From a virus (lineage: Duplodnaviria; Caudoviricetes): a stretch of 64,000 bases of DNA. The notes beneath the pieces are model-generated. The model was not told the DNA's origin, searched no databases, and worked only from the letters and a program-made list of their open reading frames with translations. A program made the translations under genes and the position numbers. The stretch is from positions 106,563 to 170,562 of the IMG/VR virus record IMGVR_UViG_3300020577_010124; one strand, given 5' to 3'. Shown here one piece after another: positions 20,666 through 30,957 of this stretch; positions within the stretch are counted from its first letter, which is position 1; every line of letters begins with the position of its first letter.

Positions 20666-21823
20666 ATGCCACGACAGCTTGAAGACACAGGAAATATGTT
20701 TGGAGATTCGCCGAGAGACGCTTTCCTAGAAGCGGCTATTCAGGCGCAGAATAAGCTTGCTTTTATTCCGAATCCATACGTCGGTAACAAGCGAAAGATG
20801 CTTGCTGATATGGGAATGATTATCTATGACACGATTGATCTTTCAAAGGTCAATCATGTCTGCGATCTCTTTGCAGGAAGTTCTGTAGTCGGAGCTTTCT
20901 TCAAGATGCTAGGGAAGAATGTTTCTTGTAATGACCTACTAGCTTCCTCTTATCTGAATGCTGAAGCTGTGCTAAATAATAGCATGAGCGAGAATGGATG
21001 CTTGGGTAAAATTGGCAGAGATAAGTGGTATTTTTTGTTAGAAAATAAAAACACATCTAGTACAGGTTTTGTAGAAAAACATTATACTGATACAAGATTT
21101 ACTCGCAAAGAAGCGCAATTTATTGACAACTACTACGCCAACTGCGCTCAGATGTTTGGATCTTCGCTTAACCCAAGCGACTACTCTTCTACCTATTTCC
21201 CCAGAGAACGTTTTACTCAAATGGCTGTTATTCAGACCTCGTTAATCCATCACATAATGGCATATTGTTATGTTGGCGGTCGTTTGAATAGCGGACAGAT
21301 TATCGCTTCATTGAAACATCGTTTAGAGCATGATCGGAATCATAACCAAGAGATTCCCTTTAGGAAAATGAAGCGATTCTCTTTTGAGATACCAGGAAAT
21401 TATAGTTATTGCGGTCATGGGGACGTAACGAGCTTTTTACAAAACAAACCAGACGAACCTTATGATCTAATCTACATAGATCCTCCCTATGGCGGACAAC
21501 AAAGCGATTACGCTTTTATGTATCAATTCTTTGAAGAATATCTCAATCAAAAGAAGTTTGAAGATATTGATTATCTCAAAGATAACTCTAAGAAATTTGT
21601 CAAAGCGAAAACCTACAAGGAAAGCTTTGAAGAACTATTGAAATCTCTCCCTAAAGAGTCTATATGGGTCATAAGCTACAACGATAGTAGTTGGGCTAAT
21701 ATTGACGAAATAAGCAGTATCGTAAAAGCGTTCAAACCTGTTACTGTCAAAAGCATTGAGTACGATTACAAGTATCGTGCTGCTGACAATACTTCAGGAA
21801 CCGAATATCTGATCATTGGATAA
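20666..21823 (+). CDS. Adenine-specific DNA methyltransferase (D12/alpha class)
   Basis: YVGNK, DLFAGS, YIDPPY, ISYN. Confidence 0.85.
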   Translation: MPRQLEDTGNMFGDSPRDAFLEAAIQAQNKLAFIPNPYVGNKRKMLADMGMIIYDTIDLSKVNHVCDLFAGSSVVGAFFKMLGKNVSCNDLLASSYLNAEAVLNNSMSENGCLGKIGRDKWYFLLENKNTSSTGFVEKHYTDTRFTRKEAQFIDNYYANCAQMFGSSLNPSDYSSTYFPRERFTQMAVIQTSLIHHIMAYCYVGGRLNSGQIIASLKHRLEHDRNHNQEIPFRKMKRFSFEIPGNYSYCGHGDVTSFLQNKPDEPYDLIYIDPPYGGQQSDYAFMYQFFEEYLNQKKFEDIDYLKDNSKKFVKAKTYKESFEELLKSLPKESIWVISYNDSSWANIDEISSIVKAFKPVTVKSIEYDYKYRAADNTSGTEYLIIG

Positions 21824-21830
21824 GCCAAGT

Positions 21831-22733
21831 ATGGCGAAGAAGAAAAAGGACAAAGTTGTGATAGCGACTAAGACAAACGACGGTCTAGAAAATATTCTTG
21901 TCAAAAGCAATAAAAGCGCAGTCCAAGGAATCGGTCCTAAAACAAAACGTAAGCAAGATAGTATTCTTGATCTTTTTGAAGAAAAGGATTTGGAACTTGT
22001 AGGAAGCGAAAAGCCAAAGAAGGCAAGTAAAGAAATTGAATGGGAAGAAATTAAGGGATTGTCTAGGGCTGCTTCTGCAATGGCAAAACCAGTAGCAGAA
22101 TGGACGGGCGTTCAACTATTTCTTCATCTAAAGAAGCTGTATAAGGATCGGTACAATCAAGACTTATCTATTGGAGATCGTCTGGGATTGCAGCTTGTTC
22201 GAGCAATGAGAGAAGATATTATCAAGATAACGGGCGACGTACCAACTCCGCAAAATCTAAAGAGCTATCTAGAATGGTTTGTGGCAAATGATTTAGACGC
22301 TCTAATTGCGAAGAATGGGGACTTTTACATTCGTCTTATTCGAAATAAGCCGTCTATCCGCAGATATTTCAAAGAGGTTCAAAAGCAAAATAATGTCGAA
22401 GATGTTATAGAGCATGAAGAACCAATTGAAGACATGGATAGTATCTTCCGAGCTAGCAAGGCTAACTTTATAATGAAGTATGGCGTGGTTATAACCCTTG
22501 CATGGCTTGTAAAGAAGAAGGGCGCTTCGCTCGATAAAGCCAAAAAAATCATCATAGATGTCTTGGGAGACATCATGAAAGAGGGAGACTCTAGTTTTTC
22601 TAAGGTTGCAAAAACCACTAAGTCTTTATCTCCATATCCAAATAGCTATAAGTTTGAATGTTTAGACGAGCTATTAGGAATCATCAAGGAAAGAAACATT
22701 CAGTTTTCGGAGTCAGCAAAGAGTTATGTATAA
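21831..22733 (+). CDS. Hypothetical Lys-rich protein
   Basis: Long ORF; ATG 21831 preferred over TTG 21816. Confidence 0.65.
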   Translation: MAKKKKDKVVIATKTNDGLENILVKSNKSAVQGIGPKTKRKQDSILDLFEEKDLELVGSEKPKKASKEIEWEEIKGLSRAASAMAKPVAEWTGVQLFLHLKKLYKDRYNQDLSIGDRLGLQLVRAMREDIIKITGDVPTPQNLKSYLEWFVANDLDALIAKNGDFYIRLIRNKPSIRRYFKEVQKQNNVEDVIEHEEPIEDMDSIFRASKANFIMKYGVVITLAWLVKKKGASLDKAKKIIIDVLGDIMKEGDSSFSKVAKTTKSLSPYPNSYKFECLDELLGIIKERNIQFSESAKSYV

Positions 22734-23283
22734 AGGTGCAACATTGAATAAGATACTATCAAATGAGGAAATCTACGGCTACACGGTAGTCGTCATTGAC
22801 GAGACAGGCACGAATAAAGGAGAAATGGTTAAGAGAGCCGCCATTATCGCTGCTAAAGACAAAGGTTTTGATCTTATTCAAGTTGGCAAGAACGATAAAG
22901 GCTTGTCTATCTGTAAGTATGGGGACGCTGGCAAGATGAAGTATGAAGCTTCTAAAAAGGCTGCGCCTAAACCTGTAAAGCTTAAAGAGATGACCTTTGG
23001 CCTCAATGAAGGCTCAAATGATATCCTGGTCAAGAAGAATAAAGTTCGGGGAATGCTCGAAAAGAAGTGCATGGTCAAGTTCGCAGTGGAAGTTAAGGGC
23101 AGGGAACGAGCATTCATGGAGACAGCTAAACAATTGCTTCGAGATAGCGTGGCTGATTTATCAGATGTCGCAAAATGGGACGATTTGAAGACTGCTAATA
23201 CCCCTCGGTCTGTGATTATTTTTGTGATACTCAAGCCAACGAAAGACGTAAGCAATGCCGATCAAAGTGAGCGAAAAGGATAG
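22726..23283 (+). CDS. infC: Translation initiation factor IF-3 (divergent, phage-encoded)
   Basis: NEEI...VIDETG...GFDLIQV...ICKYGDAGKMKYE linker; KEMTF...D..VK...KGRE C-domain. Confidence 0.8.
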   Translation: MYKGATLNKILSNEEIYGYTVVVIDETGTNKGEMVKRAAIIAAKDKGFDLIQVGKNDKGLSICKYGDAGKMKYEASKKAAPKPVKLKEMTFGLNEGSNDILVKKNKVRGMLEKKCMVKFAVEVKGRERAFMETAKQLLRDSVADLSDVAKWDDLKTANTPRSVIIFVILKPTKDVSNADQSERKG

Positions 23284-26281
23284 TTCTACTCCTCAACCAG
23301 CTAATCCAAAGACTATAGTTCCAGGCTCCTCTCAAGATTACGAGCAGCGTTACTTGAGCATGGCAACCACGGAGTTCAATAACAACTTCATTGGTTTGCT
23401 TAGAACACGAACGACAACAATCTACGTCTCAACTAACGAAGAGAAGCGCTTTGTAGATTATCTCTACAATGTTTCTCTGGCTCGCGGTTATGAGGCTTTT
23501 GAATGGGACTGTTTCAGAGCGCTCAGAAAGCTGAAGCTTCCAGACAAGATTACGGTTCCCCCAACATTCGACCTTCGATATCCCGAGGGTATCTTGGGCT
23601 ATATCATTGAAGAGCTAGAAAAGCGCCAGAAGAAAAAAGAAGACGGAAACGGAGCAATTTATCTTTGCTGCGATTTTTACCGCTATCTTTCTCCTGATCG
23701 TTGTTCTCCTCCAATTGAGAGACAACTCAAGTATATCAACCGTCTTACAACCAACTCTCATGTTATCTTGACAGGTCCAAGCTATATCAGCAATCCTGCT
23801 CTAGAAAAAGAGATTGCCGTATTGGACTTCCCATTCCCTAACGAGGAAGAGATTCGTTCTATCTTGTGGGGTTTGGTCAAGAGCGAAAAGGTTCAAAGCG
23901 GTTTCCCTACCATTACGAAGATTGCAGAAACTCAGCAGGAAGAGCTAATCAACTCTGCTAAGGGTCTTACTACAACAGAAGCTATTCAGGCATACTCAAA
24001 GTCAATTGTTATGTCTAAGCCGCTTAATGTAAAGCCGCTAGATATCAACTTGATTCTTCAAGAGAAGAAGCAGATTATCAAGAAAACAGACGTTCTCGAA
24101 TACGTTGATTCTCATATTGATATGAAAGACGTTGGAGGTCTTGACGACCTAGTTCATTGGTTGAATCTCCGTAAGGTAGCCTTTATGAAGGATGCTATTG
24201 CTTATGGTCTAAAGCCGCCAAGAGGGGCGCTATTGCTAGGTATGCCTGGTTGCGGTAAATCATTGACCGCAAAGGCGGCAGCAACGCTATACGAAATGCC
24301 TTTGCTTCGTTTGGACTTCGGAAAGATGTTCAACTCGCTGGTTGGAGAATCTGAGAAGATTGCTCGCCAAGCTATTAAGCTAGCGGAGACTGTTGCTCCT
24401 TGCGTTTCGGGCGATTCTGTTGTTTATGATAACGAAGGTAGAACCTATAAGGTTTCTGATCTTTTAGAAGAAGATTTCTTCAAAGATAGAAACTTCTACA
24501 CCTATTCATTCAATGAAGAATCATGGAAGGTTGAAAAGACCAGAGTTCGAGCAGTTATTCGGCATCCCAAGAAAAAGGAAATGATTCGCCTTGTTACTGC
24601 TATTGGTTCTGTTGAAGTAACGCCTAATCACAAGATGATGATCAATCGTGACGGTAAGCTCATCTGGGAGGAAGCGAAGAATCTAAAGAAGACAGATCTT
24701 CTTATAACTCAAAAGCAGTTCAAGAGAGACATCAAGAACATGACTGTTGCGGATGTTTTCCCTGATAAGAAAACAGAAGAAACGCTTTCTGTTCAAATGC
24801 AAGATCAAACTCATACGGTCACTTTGGGCGGTTCTTTGCTGAACATGATTCAGTTGGCAGCCCTTGCTGGTTTGGTTGAATCTTGCGGAGTTGTAAATGC
24901 TGAAACTGGCGAAATCATGTTGCATAATGACAACATTAAGGTTGCGCATTTGGCAGCCTCTTTGTTCTCTGCATGCTTCTTGGTTGAACCTGCAATGGAA
25001 GGCAAGACCCTTCAACTGACTAATAAAATCATTGCAAAGCTGCTTGTTCATTTCATACAAAATGTCCATTCTCAACGAGACGACGTATTGATTTTCTATC
25101 TTTCAGGTTTCATGCATGCTTCGGCAATATATAGCTATCTAGGTACTGATAAGATTCCGTACATAAATCTTCGCATACCTAGTAAGGATGTCAAGCATAG
25201 AGTTCGAACAGCGCTTCATATTTTGGGTATCATTGCTTTTGATACAGGCGAGAACCTATCTGTTCTTGAGAAAGAGCAAATCGAAGATTTGTTGATTGCT
25301 ATTCCATTCTTGAATAAGAATGTAGCAGACAAGTTGGTTGATTTCATGGAAGCAACCTCCAAGCTTGATCCTCATACAATTGAGATTGTTGGATACCAGT
25401 TGGGCGAATCTATTTCTTCGGTCATGAAAAGCAATAGCCTCAAAAAGCTAGATTATCATGACGAAGATATAACCATAACAGACAAGCACCATAAGTATAT
25501 CCATCATTCGATGGCAAGCAAGGTTGCTTATACTCTTGCTGAGCAGCAGCTTGAGGTTGACGAGAACATAGAGAAGCTGATTAAGTCTGACGTTGTTGGA
25601 GTCAAGCTTTTGTCTGTAGAAACGGCTGGGACTCAATGGGCATACGATCTATCTTGCGAGAACAACCATAACTTCTTTGCAAACGGATTGCTCTGTCATA
25701 ACTGTATTCTATGGGCAGACGAAATTGAGAAAGGTTTGGCTGGCGGAGTTGGTCAAGGTTCTGGCGATAGCGGAACAACCAAGAGAGTCATTGGTACATT
25801 CTTGACTTGGCTCCAAGAGAAGGAAGCTCCTGTATTCGTTATCTGTACAGCCAATAACGTTCATGACATTCCTCCCGAGTTTATGAGAGCAGGTCGTTTT
25901 GACGAAGTATTCTTCGTTGATCTTCCTAGCGCTAAAGGTCGTAAGCAGATCTTTGAAGTCTTGTTGCGAAAGTATAGATATGACGCAACAACATTTGATG
26001 TTGACGCTCTTGCGGCAAATACGCAAGGCTTCAGCGGCGCTGAAATCGAGAAGTCTATCGAAAATGCAATGTTCGAATGTTTTTGCGACAATAAGAGACA
26101 AGTCAAGACTAATGATCTAATAGCGTCTTGTAAGAGTATATCTCCGCTATCGAGTACCAGAGCCGAAGAGTTTGAGACAATGAGAACCTGGGCTGGGGGT
26201 CGATGCAAGTTCGCCAATACAAGGGACACAGGCACCATTTCGAATAATCCTTCTGGCGAAATAAACAGCCTAGACATCTAA
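23255..26281 (+). CDS. Ycf46-like AAA+ ATPase containing an intein
   Basis: EKKQII, DVGGLDDL, Walker A GMPGCGKS, Walker B ILWADEIEK, CTAN, PPEFMRAGRFDE; intein between AP and CILWADE. Confidence 0.85.
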   Translation: MPIKVSEKDSSTPQPANPKTIVPGSSQDYEQRYLSMATTEFNNNFIGLLRTRTTTIYVSTNEEKRFVDYLYNVSLARGYEAFEWDCFRALRKLKLPDKITVPPTFDLRYPEGILGYIIEELEKRQKKKEDGNGAIYLCCDFYRYLSPDRCSPPIERQLKYINRLTTNSHVILTGPSYISNPALEKEIAVLDFPFPNEEEIRSILWGLVKSEKVQSGFPTITKIAETQQEELINSAKGLTTTEAIQAYSKSIVMSKPLNVKPLDINLILQEKKQIIKKTDVLEYVDSHIDMKDVGGLDDLVHWLNLRKVAFMKDAIAYGLKPPRGALLLGMPGCGKSLTAKAAATLYEMPLLRLDFGKMFNSLVGESEKIARQAIKLAETVAPCVSGDSVVYDNEGRTYKVSDLLEEDFFKDRNFYTYSFNEESWKVEKTRVRAVIRHPKKKEMIRLVTAIGSVEVTPNHKMMINRDGKLIWEEAKNLKKTDLLITQKQFKRDIKNMTVADVFPDKKTEETLSVQMQDQTHTVTLGGSLLNMIQLAALAGLVESCGVVNAETGEIMLHNDNIKVAHLAASLFSACFLVEPAMEGKTLQLTNKIIAKLLVHFIQNVHSQRDDVLIFYLSGFMHASAIYSYLGTDKIPYINLRIPSKDVKHRVRTALHILGIIAFDTGENLSVLEKEQIEDLLIAIPFLNKNVADKLVDFMEATSKLDPHTIEIVGYQLGESISSVMKSNSLKKLDYHDEDITITDKHHKYIHHSMASKVAYTLAEQQLEVDENIEKLIKSDVVGVKLLSVETAGTQWAYDLSCENNHNFFANGLLCHNCILWADEIEKGLAGGVGQGSGDSGTTKRVIGTFLTWLQEKEAPVFVICTANNVHDIPPEFMRAGRFDEVFFVDLPSAKGRKQIFEVLLRKYRYDATTFDVDALAANTQGFSGAEIEKSIENAMFECFCDNKRQVKTNDLIASCKSISPLSSTRAEEFETMRTWAGGRCKFANTRDTGTISNNPSGEINSLDI
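24401..25702 (+). mobile_element. Intein (434 aa) with degenerate LAGLIDADG domain
   Basis: Starts CVSGDS, block B VTPNHKM, ends AYDLSCENNHNFFANGLLCHN followed by +1 Cys; removal restores VAPCILWADE. Confidence 0.9.
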
Positions 26282-26330
26282 CGTGCCATTGTGTTAGGAC
26301 GGCGTAATATTGGCCGAAAAGGATTGTGCT

Positions 26331-27170
26331 ATGGATTTAAGTTCTCTTATACGGTACTATCGTTACAACAACTACAAGACCGCCGATAATGGCGGAGCTT
26401 GTAAATACTACAAAGGAAATGACCAATGCGAAAGAGCAACAAATGGTTGTTTCTGTCGTAAGATGGCAGAAGTTCTAGGCAATATCAGTTATGTTGTTCC
26501 TAAAGAACATCGAGGGTTGACTATAAACAACCTACGAGGGCATTCAAAAGCCAAAGACGGTCAATATATCAAAGTATGGACCGAGAGCAATCAGCTTGCT
26601 ATTTTGGACACGCTTTCTGATTATCTTTATGGCACGAAAGACTTGACTCTTATTTCTTCTAGAGAAGACTTCAATAGAGAGTCTAAGTTAGATCAAAGAT
26701 ATGCGGACGGATCAAACCTTGTAATACATGGTAGTCCGTTCAAGGTTGTAAAGGGCGTAGCAACAAGAGCATTGCCTATGGGCAAGACGCTTATAGCTTC
26801 TATCGTTTTGACAGACGCTATTTGGAGACGTTGCTATGCAACTAATAGAGCGGATACCTATTCGTTTGTTTCATATCAGACTTTGAAGCAAGACCTGCGA
26901 CTAAAGAATGAAAAGGCTCAAGCTCTCAAAGAATGCGACTGGTTAGCTATTGATGATATTAGCACGCCTATCAATGATATGGACTTCAATCATCAAAACT
27001 TTATAAGCATGTTTGATGATTTCCTGATGTCAAGAATGGAAAATCGTCTTCCAACAATTTTGGCCTGTGACTTTAATGCATTGAGCAAAGATTATACCGA
27101 TATGCTCGGATACAGCTTCCAGAAGCTCATAACTTCTAGGAATACTTGGCTCATTAAAGTGGGGGATTAA
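26331..27170 (+). CDS. DnaC/IstB-like helicase-loader ATPase
   Basis: N-terminal Cys cluster, VIHGS...MGKT, LAIDDI, SRMENRLPTI; directly upstream of DnaB. Confidence 0.6.
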   Translation: MDLSSLIRYYRYNNYKTADNGGACKYYKGNDQCERATNGCFCRKMAEVLGNISYVVPKEHRGLTINNLRGHSKAKDGQYIKVWTESNQLAILDTLSDYLYGTKDLTLISSREDFNRESKLDQRYADGSNLVIHGSPFKVVKGVATRALPMGKTLIASIVLTDAIWRRCYATNRADTYSFVSYQTLKQDLRLKNEKAQALKECDWLAIDDISTPINDMDFNHQNFISMFDDFLMSRMENRLPTILACDFNALSKDYTDMLGYSFQKLITSRNTWLIKVGD

Positions 27171-27173
27171 CAT

Positions 27174-28739
27174 ATGGCTATAAACGATCTTGACTCTCAA
27201 GAAAAACTATTACATCTTCTTATCAACAATGAAGGATTGATTCCTGAGTTTGTGACAGGACAGTTTGGACCTGATTACTTCGAAGATAAGCACAGGCCAA
27301 TGATCTATGGAATAGAAGAATGTCATCAAGCAGGTGAGAAATTTACAGATAGCTATTATCTAGATTTTATTGCTAGAAGCGTAGCGAATGGCGACTATAG
27401 AAAATGGACAGGAAGTGAAGTCGTAAGTTCTAAGTTCGCTCAACAAACTGAAAATCGAAACTATCAACTTCTCGCTAATCTAGACAAAGTTGATCCTGCG
27501 GACTTCCCATTGGTTTGCCGTAAGGTTCGAGAACATTACATAAAGAAACAAGCAACCAAGATACTTGAAAAGTTTAATACCAAACAAAACAAAGATTTTA
27601 TTGCAGCAACTCAAGAGCTTGCTGACAATATGACGGTTTTGATTTCTAGCGCTGCTGATAACAGCAATGCTACTTGGTCCAATGTTGACGAATACGGTGA
27701 CGACTGGTATAGAGAGCTAGAGGACGAGAGTAAGAATCCGAAGAAGGTTCTCAATACAGGAATCAAGCCATTTGACGAGACAATGCCGAACGGACTGGAC
27801 ATTGGCTCTTTAACTCTCATTGTTGCGGATGTTGGTGGTTTCAAATCAGCAACCATGATTAACATGGCGTTGAATGTTTGCAAACAAAGCAACGAGGATG
27901 TTCTATACGTTTCTCTTGAAATGCCTAAGAAGCGTTTGATGCAGAGACTGATATCCAGAGAAGCCGAGGTTGATTCAAAGAAGCTTGGACAACCGCATCT
28001 TCTTACTGAAGACGATAAAGCCAAAATCAAAAAGGCTATGGAAGACTTCAGGATTATCAAGTCCAAGTTTGCCATACTTGACGCTCAAGAAAGAATGACC
28101 GTATCCAAGATACGAGCAGAACTTGAAAAGCGCAGACATTTCTTCAGACCAAGAGTTGTTGTTATTGACTATATCTCGATTCTTAGTCCTGAGCCTTGGT
28201 ATCAAAAGCTAGCAGAGCATAGCTGGTACGGCCAGATGTGCAAAGACCTTCGTTCTCTTGGTAGAAAGATGGGCTTTGCTGTTCTATCCGCCGTTCAGCT
28301 TAATCGAGAGGCTATCAAATCTCTTCGTAATCAAAAAGAAGGTAAGCAGTCTGTTGGCTCTGACGCTCTTAGGGGTTCTCATGACTTTTCAGCAGACGCA
28401 GATAACATCTTTGTTCAAGTTCCTCATCCTGAGCAAATGAAAGAGAAGATGTATTTATTCTGCGTAAAGTCTAGATATGGTTCTCCTATGTTTGGTCCGC
28501 ACAACAATCAATCTAAGGCAACGCTGGACGTTTATCCGAGCATTGGTAAGATAACAGCATATGTTGACGCTACATGGTCGGTTGAGAACGATCCTATTGC
28601 CTCTGTTCTAATGAAGAAAGGGGACGCAATTCCAGATCCAGCTTTGGACTTGGACTTTGATACGACTCCTCCGCCTGCTCCAAATAAGCCAAAACCTAAA
28701 CCAAAGCAAAAGAATGAAATTGACGATCTTGGATTCTAA
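27174..28739 (+). CDS. dnaB: Replicative DNA helicase, DnaB family
   Basis: VADVGGFKS, YVSLEM, VVIDYI, SAVQLNR, LRGS...DAD, KSRYG. Confidence 0.85.
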   Translation: MAINDLDSQEKLLHLLINNEGLIPEFVTGQFGPDYFEDKHRPMIYGIEECHQAGEKFTDSYYLDFIARSVANGDYRKWTGSEVVSSKFAQQTENRNYQLLANLDKVDPADFPLVCRKVREHYIKKQATKILEKFNTKQNKDFIAATQELADNMTVLISSAADNSNATWSNVDEYGDDWYRELEDESKNPKKVLNTGIKPFDETMPNGLDIGSLTLIVADVGGFKSATMINMALNVCKQSNEDVLYVSLEMPKKRLMQRLISREAEVDSKKLGQPHLLTEDDKAKIKKAMEDFRIIKSKFAILDAQERMTVSKIRAELEKRRHFFRPRVVVIDYISILSPEPWYQKLAEHSWYGQMCKDLRSLGRKMGFAVLSAVQLNREAIKSLRNQKEGKQSVGSDALRGSHDFSADADNIFVQVPHPEQMKEKMYLFCVKSRYGSPMFGPHNNQSKATLDVYPSIGKITAYVDATWSVENDPIASVLMKKGDAIPDPALDLDFDTTPPPAPNKPKPKPKQKNEIDDLGF

Positions 28740-29380
28740 TGAGCATTATTTTAGACACAATCATTAAGGGAAACAAGATAACGGATTATCTTATTTCTAA
28801 GAACGTAAGATGGGCAAACCATGATGGCGGTAGATATCGTTATCGCTGTCCTCTTCCTTCTCATAGAAATGATTCTACTCCGTCATTCTTTGTTTATGAC
28901 AAAGCAGATAGACAAGATTTTTATTGCTATGGCTGTAAAAATGCTGGTTCGATTATACAGCTTATTTCTTGTTACGAACAGATTCCAATAAAGGATGTTA
29001 TTCAGAAGCTCTCAGAGGGCATGAATATCAACATCAATGACATTCTTGAATCTTTGGTACGAGAGATAATTGTAAAATCCACAACCCCAACGCAACAGGG
29101 CAAAGAAGAGGCTATGTTAGCTTCTTCTTTGTTCATAAGTGTTCATATGCATGATTTTCTTGTAAAGGTAGGCTTTGATAAACAGGAATGTGACATCGCA
29201 GAGAAAGTCTTTGCGATAACCGATAGCTTGGTTTCCATAGACAACCTTGACGAACTAGAAAAGCTTTCTATAACGCTTCCGTCTAAAACCAAGTATAGAT
29301 ATCAACGATTTGTTGAGCTAAAGAAAAAAGAAGAGATTCAGAACGCGAAAGATTTCAAGAGTTTCATAAATGAGTTTTGA
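28739..29380 (+). CDS. Stand-alone DnaG zinc-binding (CHC2) domain protein
   Basis: CPLPSH...TPSF...FYCYGC..G.IIQ; no Toprim domain; helical C-terminal extension. Confidence 0.8.
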   Translation: MSIILDTIIKGNKITDYLISKNVRWANHDGGRYRYRCPLPSHRNDSTPSFFVYDKADRQDFYCYGCKNAGSIIQLISCYEQIPIKDVIQKLSEGMNININDILESLVREIIVKSTTPTQQGKEEAMLASSLFISVHMHDFLVKVGFDKQECDIAEKVFAITDSLVSIDNLDELEKLSITLPSKTKYRYQRFVELKKKEEIQNAKDFKSFINEF

Positions 29381-30128
29381 ATTTCATAACAAAGACGCTT
29401 TGGATCTTTCAATAGATCCTGTTGATTTAGTATACCTAGATCCTCCTTATAGTAGTGAAAGCGAAGACGAGTATTATGGCGTTGGTAAGGATCTAAAAGA
29501 GTTTGTAGAATACATGAGCGAGAGGATGAAGAATCTCAAGAAGCTCATGAAACCAGATTCAAATATTCTTGTCCATATGGACTATAAAGCGATTCATTAC
29601 ATAAAGGTGATGATGGACGAGGTTTTTGGGCGGGATAATTTCAGGAACGAAATCATATGGTGCTTTAGCAATCCTGCGAGCGCAAAGAGATGGCTCCCTA
29701 GAAAGCATAATTCAATTCTATGGTATGGAATGGGTAACTACGTCTTTAATCAACCTCGCATTCCATATAAGACAAAAATGAATGTTGGCGGAGCCGCTGC
29801 TTGGTCTAAGGAAAAGATCCCTTGGGAACAATACGAAGCTAAGGGTAAATTGTTAGAAGATTGGTGGACGGACATACCTGCTCTTTGCCGCAACGAACCT
29901 GAGAAAACAGGATATGCAACGCAGAAGCCAAATAAACTTATGCAAAGAGTAGTTGAGATTTGGAGCAATCCAGGGGACCGAGTTCTTGATCCTTTTTGCG
30001 GTAGCGGTTCTTTAGTAGAGGCTGCTTTTAGTTTGGGCAGGCACGGTATCGGTTCAGACAAAAACCCCAAGGCAATAGAGATTGCCATGAAAAGATTAAA
30101 AGAGACAGGAACTATTTTTGATTCATAA
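29370..30128 (+). CDS. DNA methyltransferase (N6/N4, beta class)
   Basis: YLDPPY, FRNEIIW, YATQKP, VLDPFCGSG. Confidence 0.9.
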   Translation: MSFEFHNKDALDLSIDPVDLVYLDPPYSSESEDEYYGVGKDLKEFVEYMSERMKNLKKLMKPDSNILVHMDYKAIHYIKVMMDEVFGRDNFRNEIIWCFSNPASAKRWLPRKHNSILWYGMGNYVFNQPRIPYKTKMNVGGAAAWSKEKIPWEQYEAKGKLLEDWWTDIPALCRNEPEKTGYATQKPNKLMQRVVEIWSNPGDRVLDPFCGSGSLVEAAFSLGRHGIGSDKNPKAIEIAMKRLKETGTIFDS

Positions 30129-30132
30129 TAGC

Positions 30133-30957
30133 ATGTTTGATAATCTAGAAACTTTGCAATCTCCTGTTGCCTATCAAGGCGGTAAGCAAAGAATTGCTAA
30201 GCAAGTAGTTGACATTATGAAGATTGATTCTTCAACTGTTTTCTATGATATTTGCTGTGGTAGCGGAGCGATCTCAATTGAGCTTATAAACAAGGGACAT
30301 CCTGTTGATAAGATTCATATGGTAGATGCAGGACCGTGGGGATTGTTCTGGAAATGCGTTGGCGACGGAACCTTTGATATAGCCAAGTTTGAAACAATCT
30401 GTAAGAGCGTTCCTAAAGAGCCAGCAAACATTCATGACTACATTCTTAGTCTTTCCAAACAAAAAGCAGAGATAGATACTGTCTACGTTTTCATACTCCT
30501 ACAAGCTTCTTCGTTTGGTAGTAAGGCTATTTGGATGAACAACAATAAATGGATGAATTGTAGCTTCCGAAGATATTGGTTGCCAACAGAAACATCTAAT
30601 AGACGTTCGCCAGTAAACCCAATGATGCCAATGCCTATGACTCTCTTGGAAAGAGTTAGGGTTATCACCGAGAGAATGAAAGGTATAAAAGGTTACATGC
30701 AAGACGCAGCAACTGTTTCTATTGATCCAAGCGCCGTCGTGTATGTTGATCCTCCTTATGCGGGAACTACGATGTATGGGTTTGGGTTCGACGTTGAGAA
30801 GTTTGCCGCTTCTATACAGAATAAGGTCTTCATATCAGAAGGTAGACCTCTTTCTAAGAATGCTCATCTGATAGAAGGTCAGAGGAAAAAGGGCGGGATT
30901 TCTGGTACAAGAAAAAGCGCAAACGAAGAATGGATAAGCGAATATGAAAGACATTGA
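30133..30957 (+). CDS. Dam-like (D12) DNA adenine methyltransferase
   Basis: YQGGK, DICCGSG, YVDPPY. Confidence 0.8.
   Translation: MFDNLETLQSPVAYQGGKQRIAKQVVDIMKIDSSTVFYDICCGSGAISIELINKGHPVDKIHMVDAGPWGLFWKCVGDGTFDIAKFETICKSVPKEPANIHDYILSLSKQKAEIDTVYVFILLQASSFGSKAIWMNNNKWMNCSFRRYWLPTETSNRRSPVNPMMPMPMTLLERVRVITERMKGIKGYMQDAATVSIDPSAVVYVDPPYAGTTMYGFGFDVEKFAASIQNKVFISEGRPLSKNAHLIEGQRKKGGISGTRKSANEEWISEYERH

Noticed and set aside
18403-20790. Identical hexapeptide NPYVGN in ORF 17596 and MTase 20666
   Set aside because: No similarity beyond six residues; likely coincidence.
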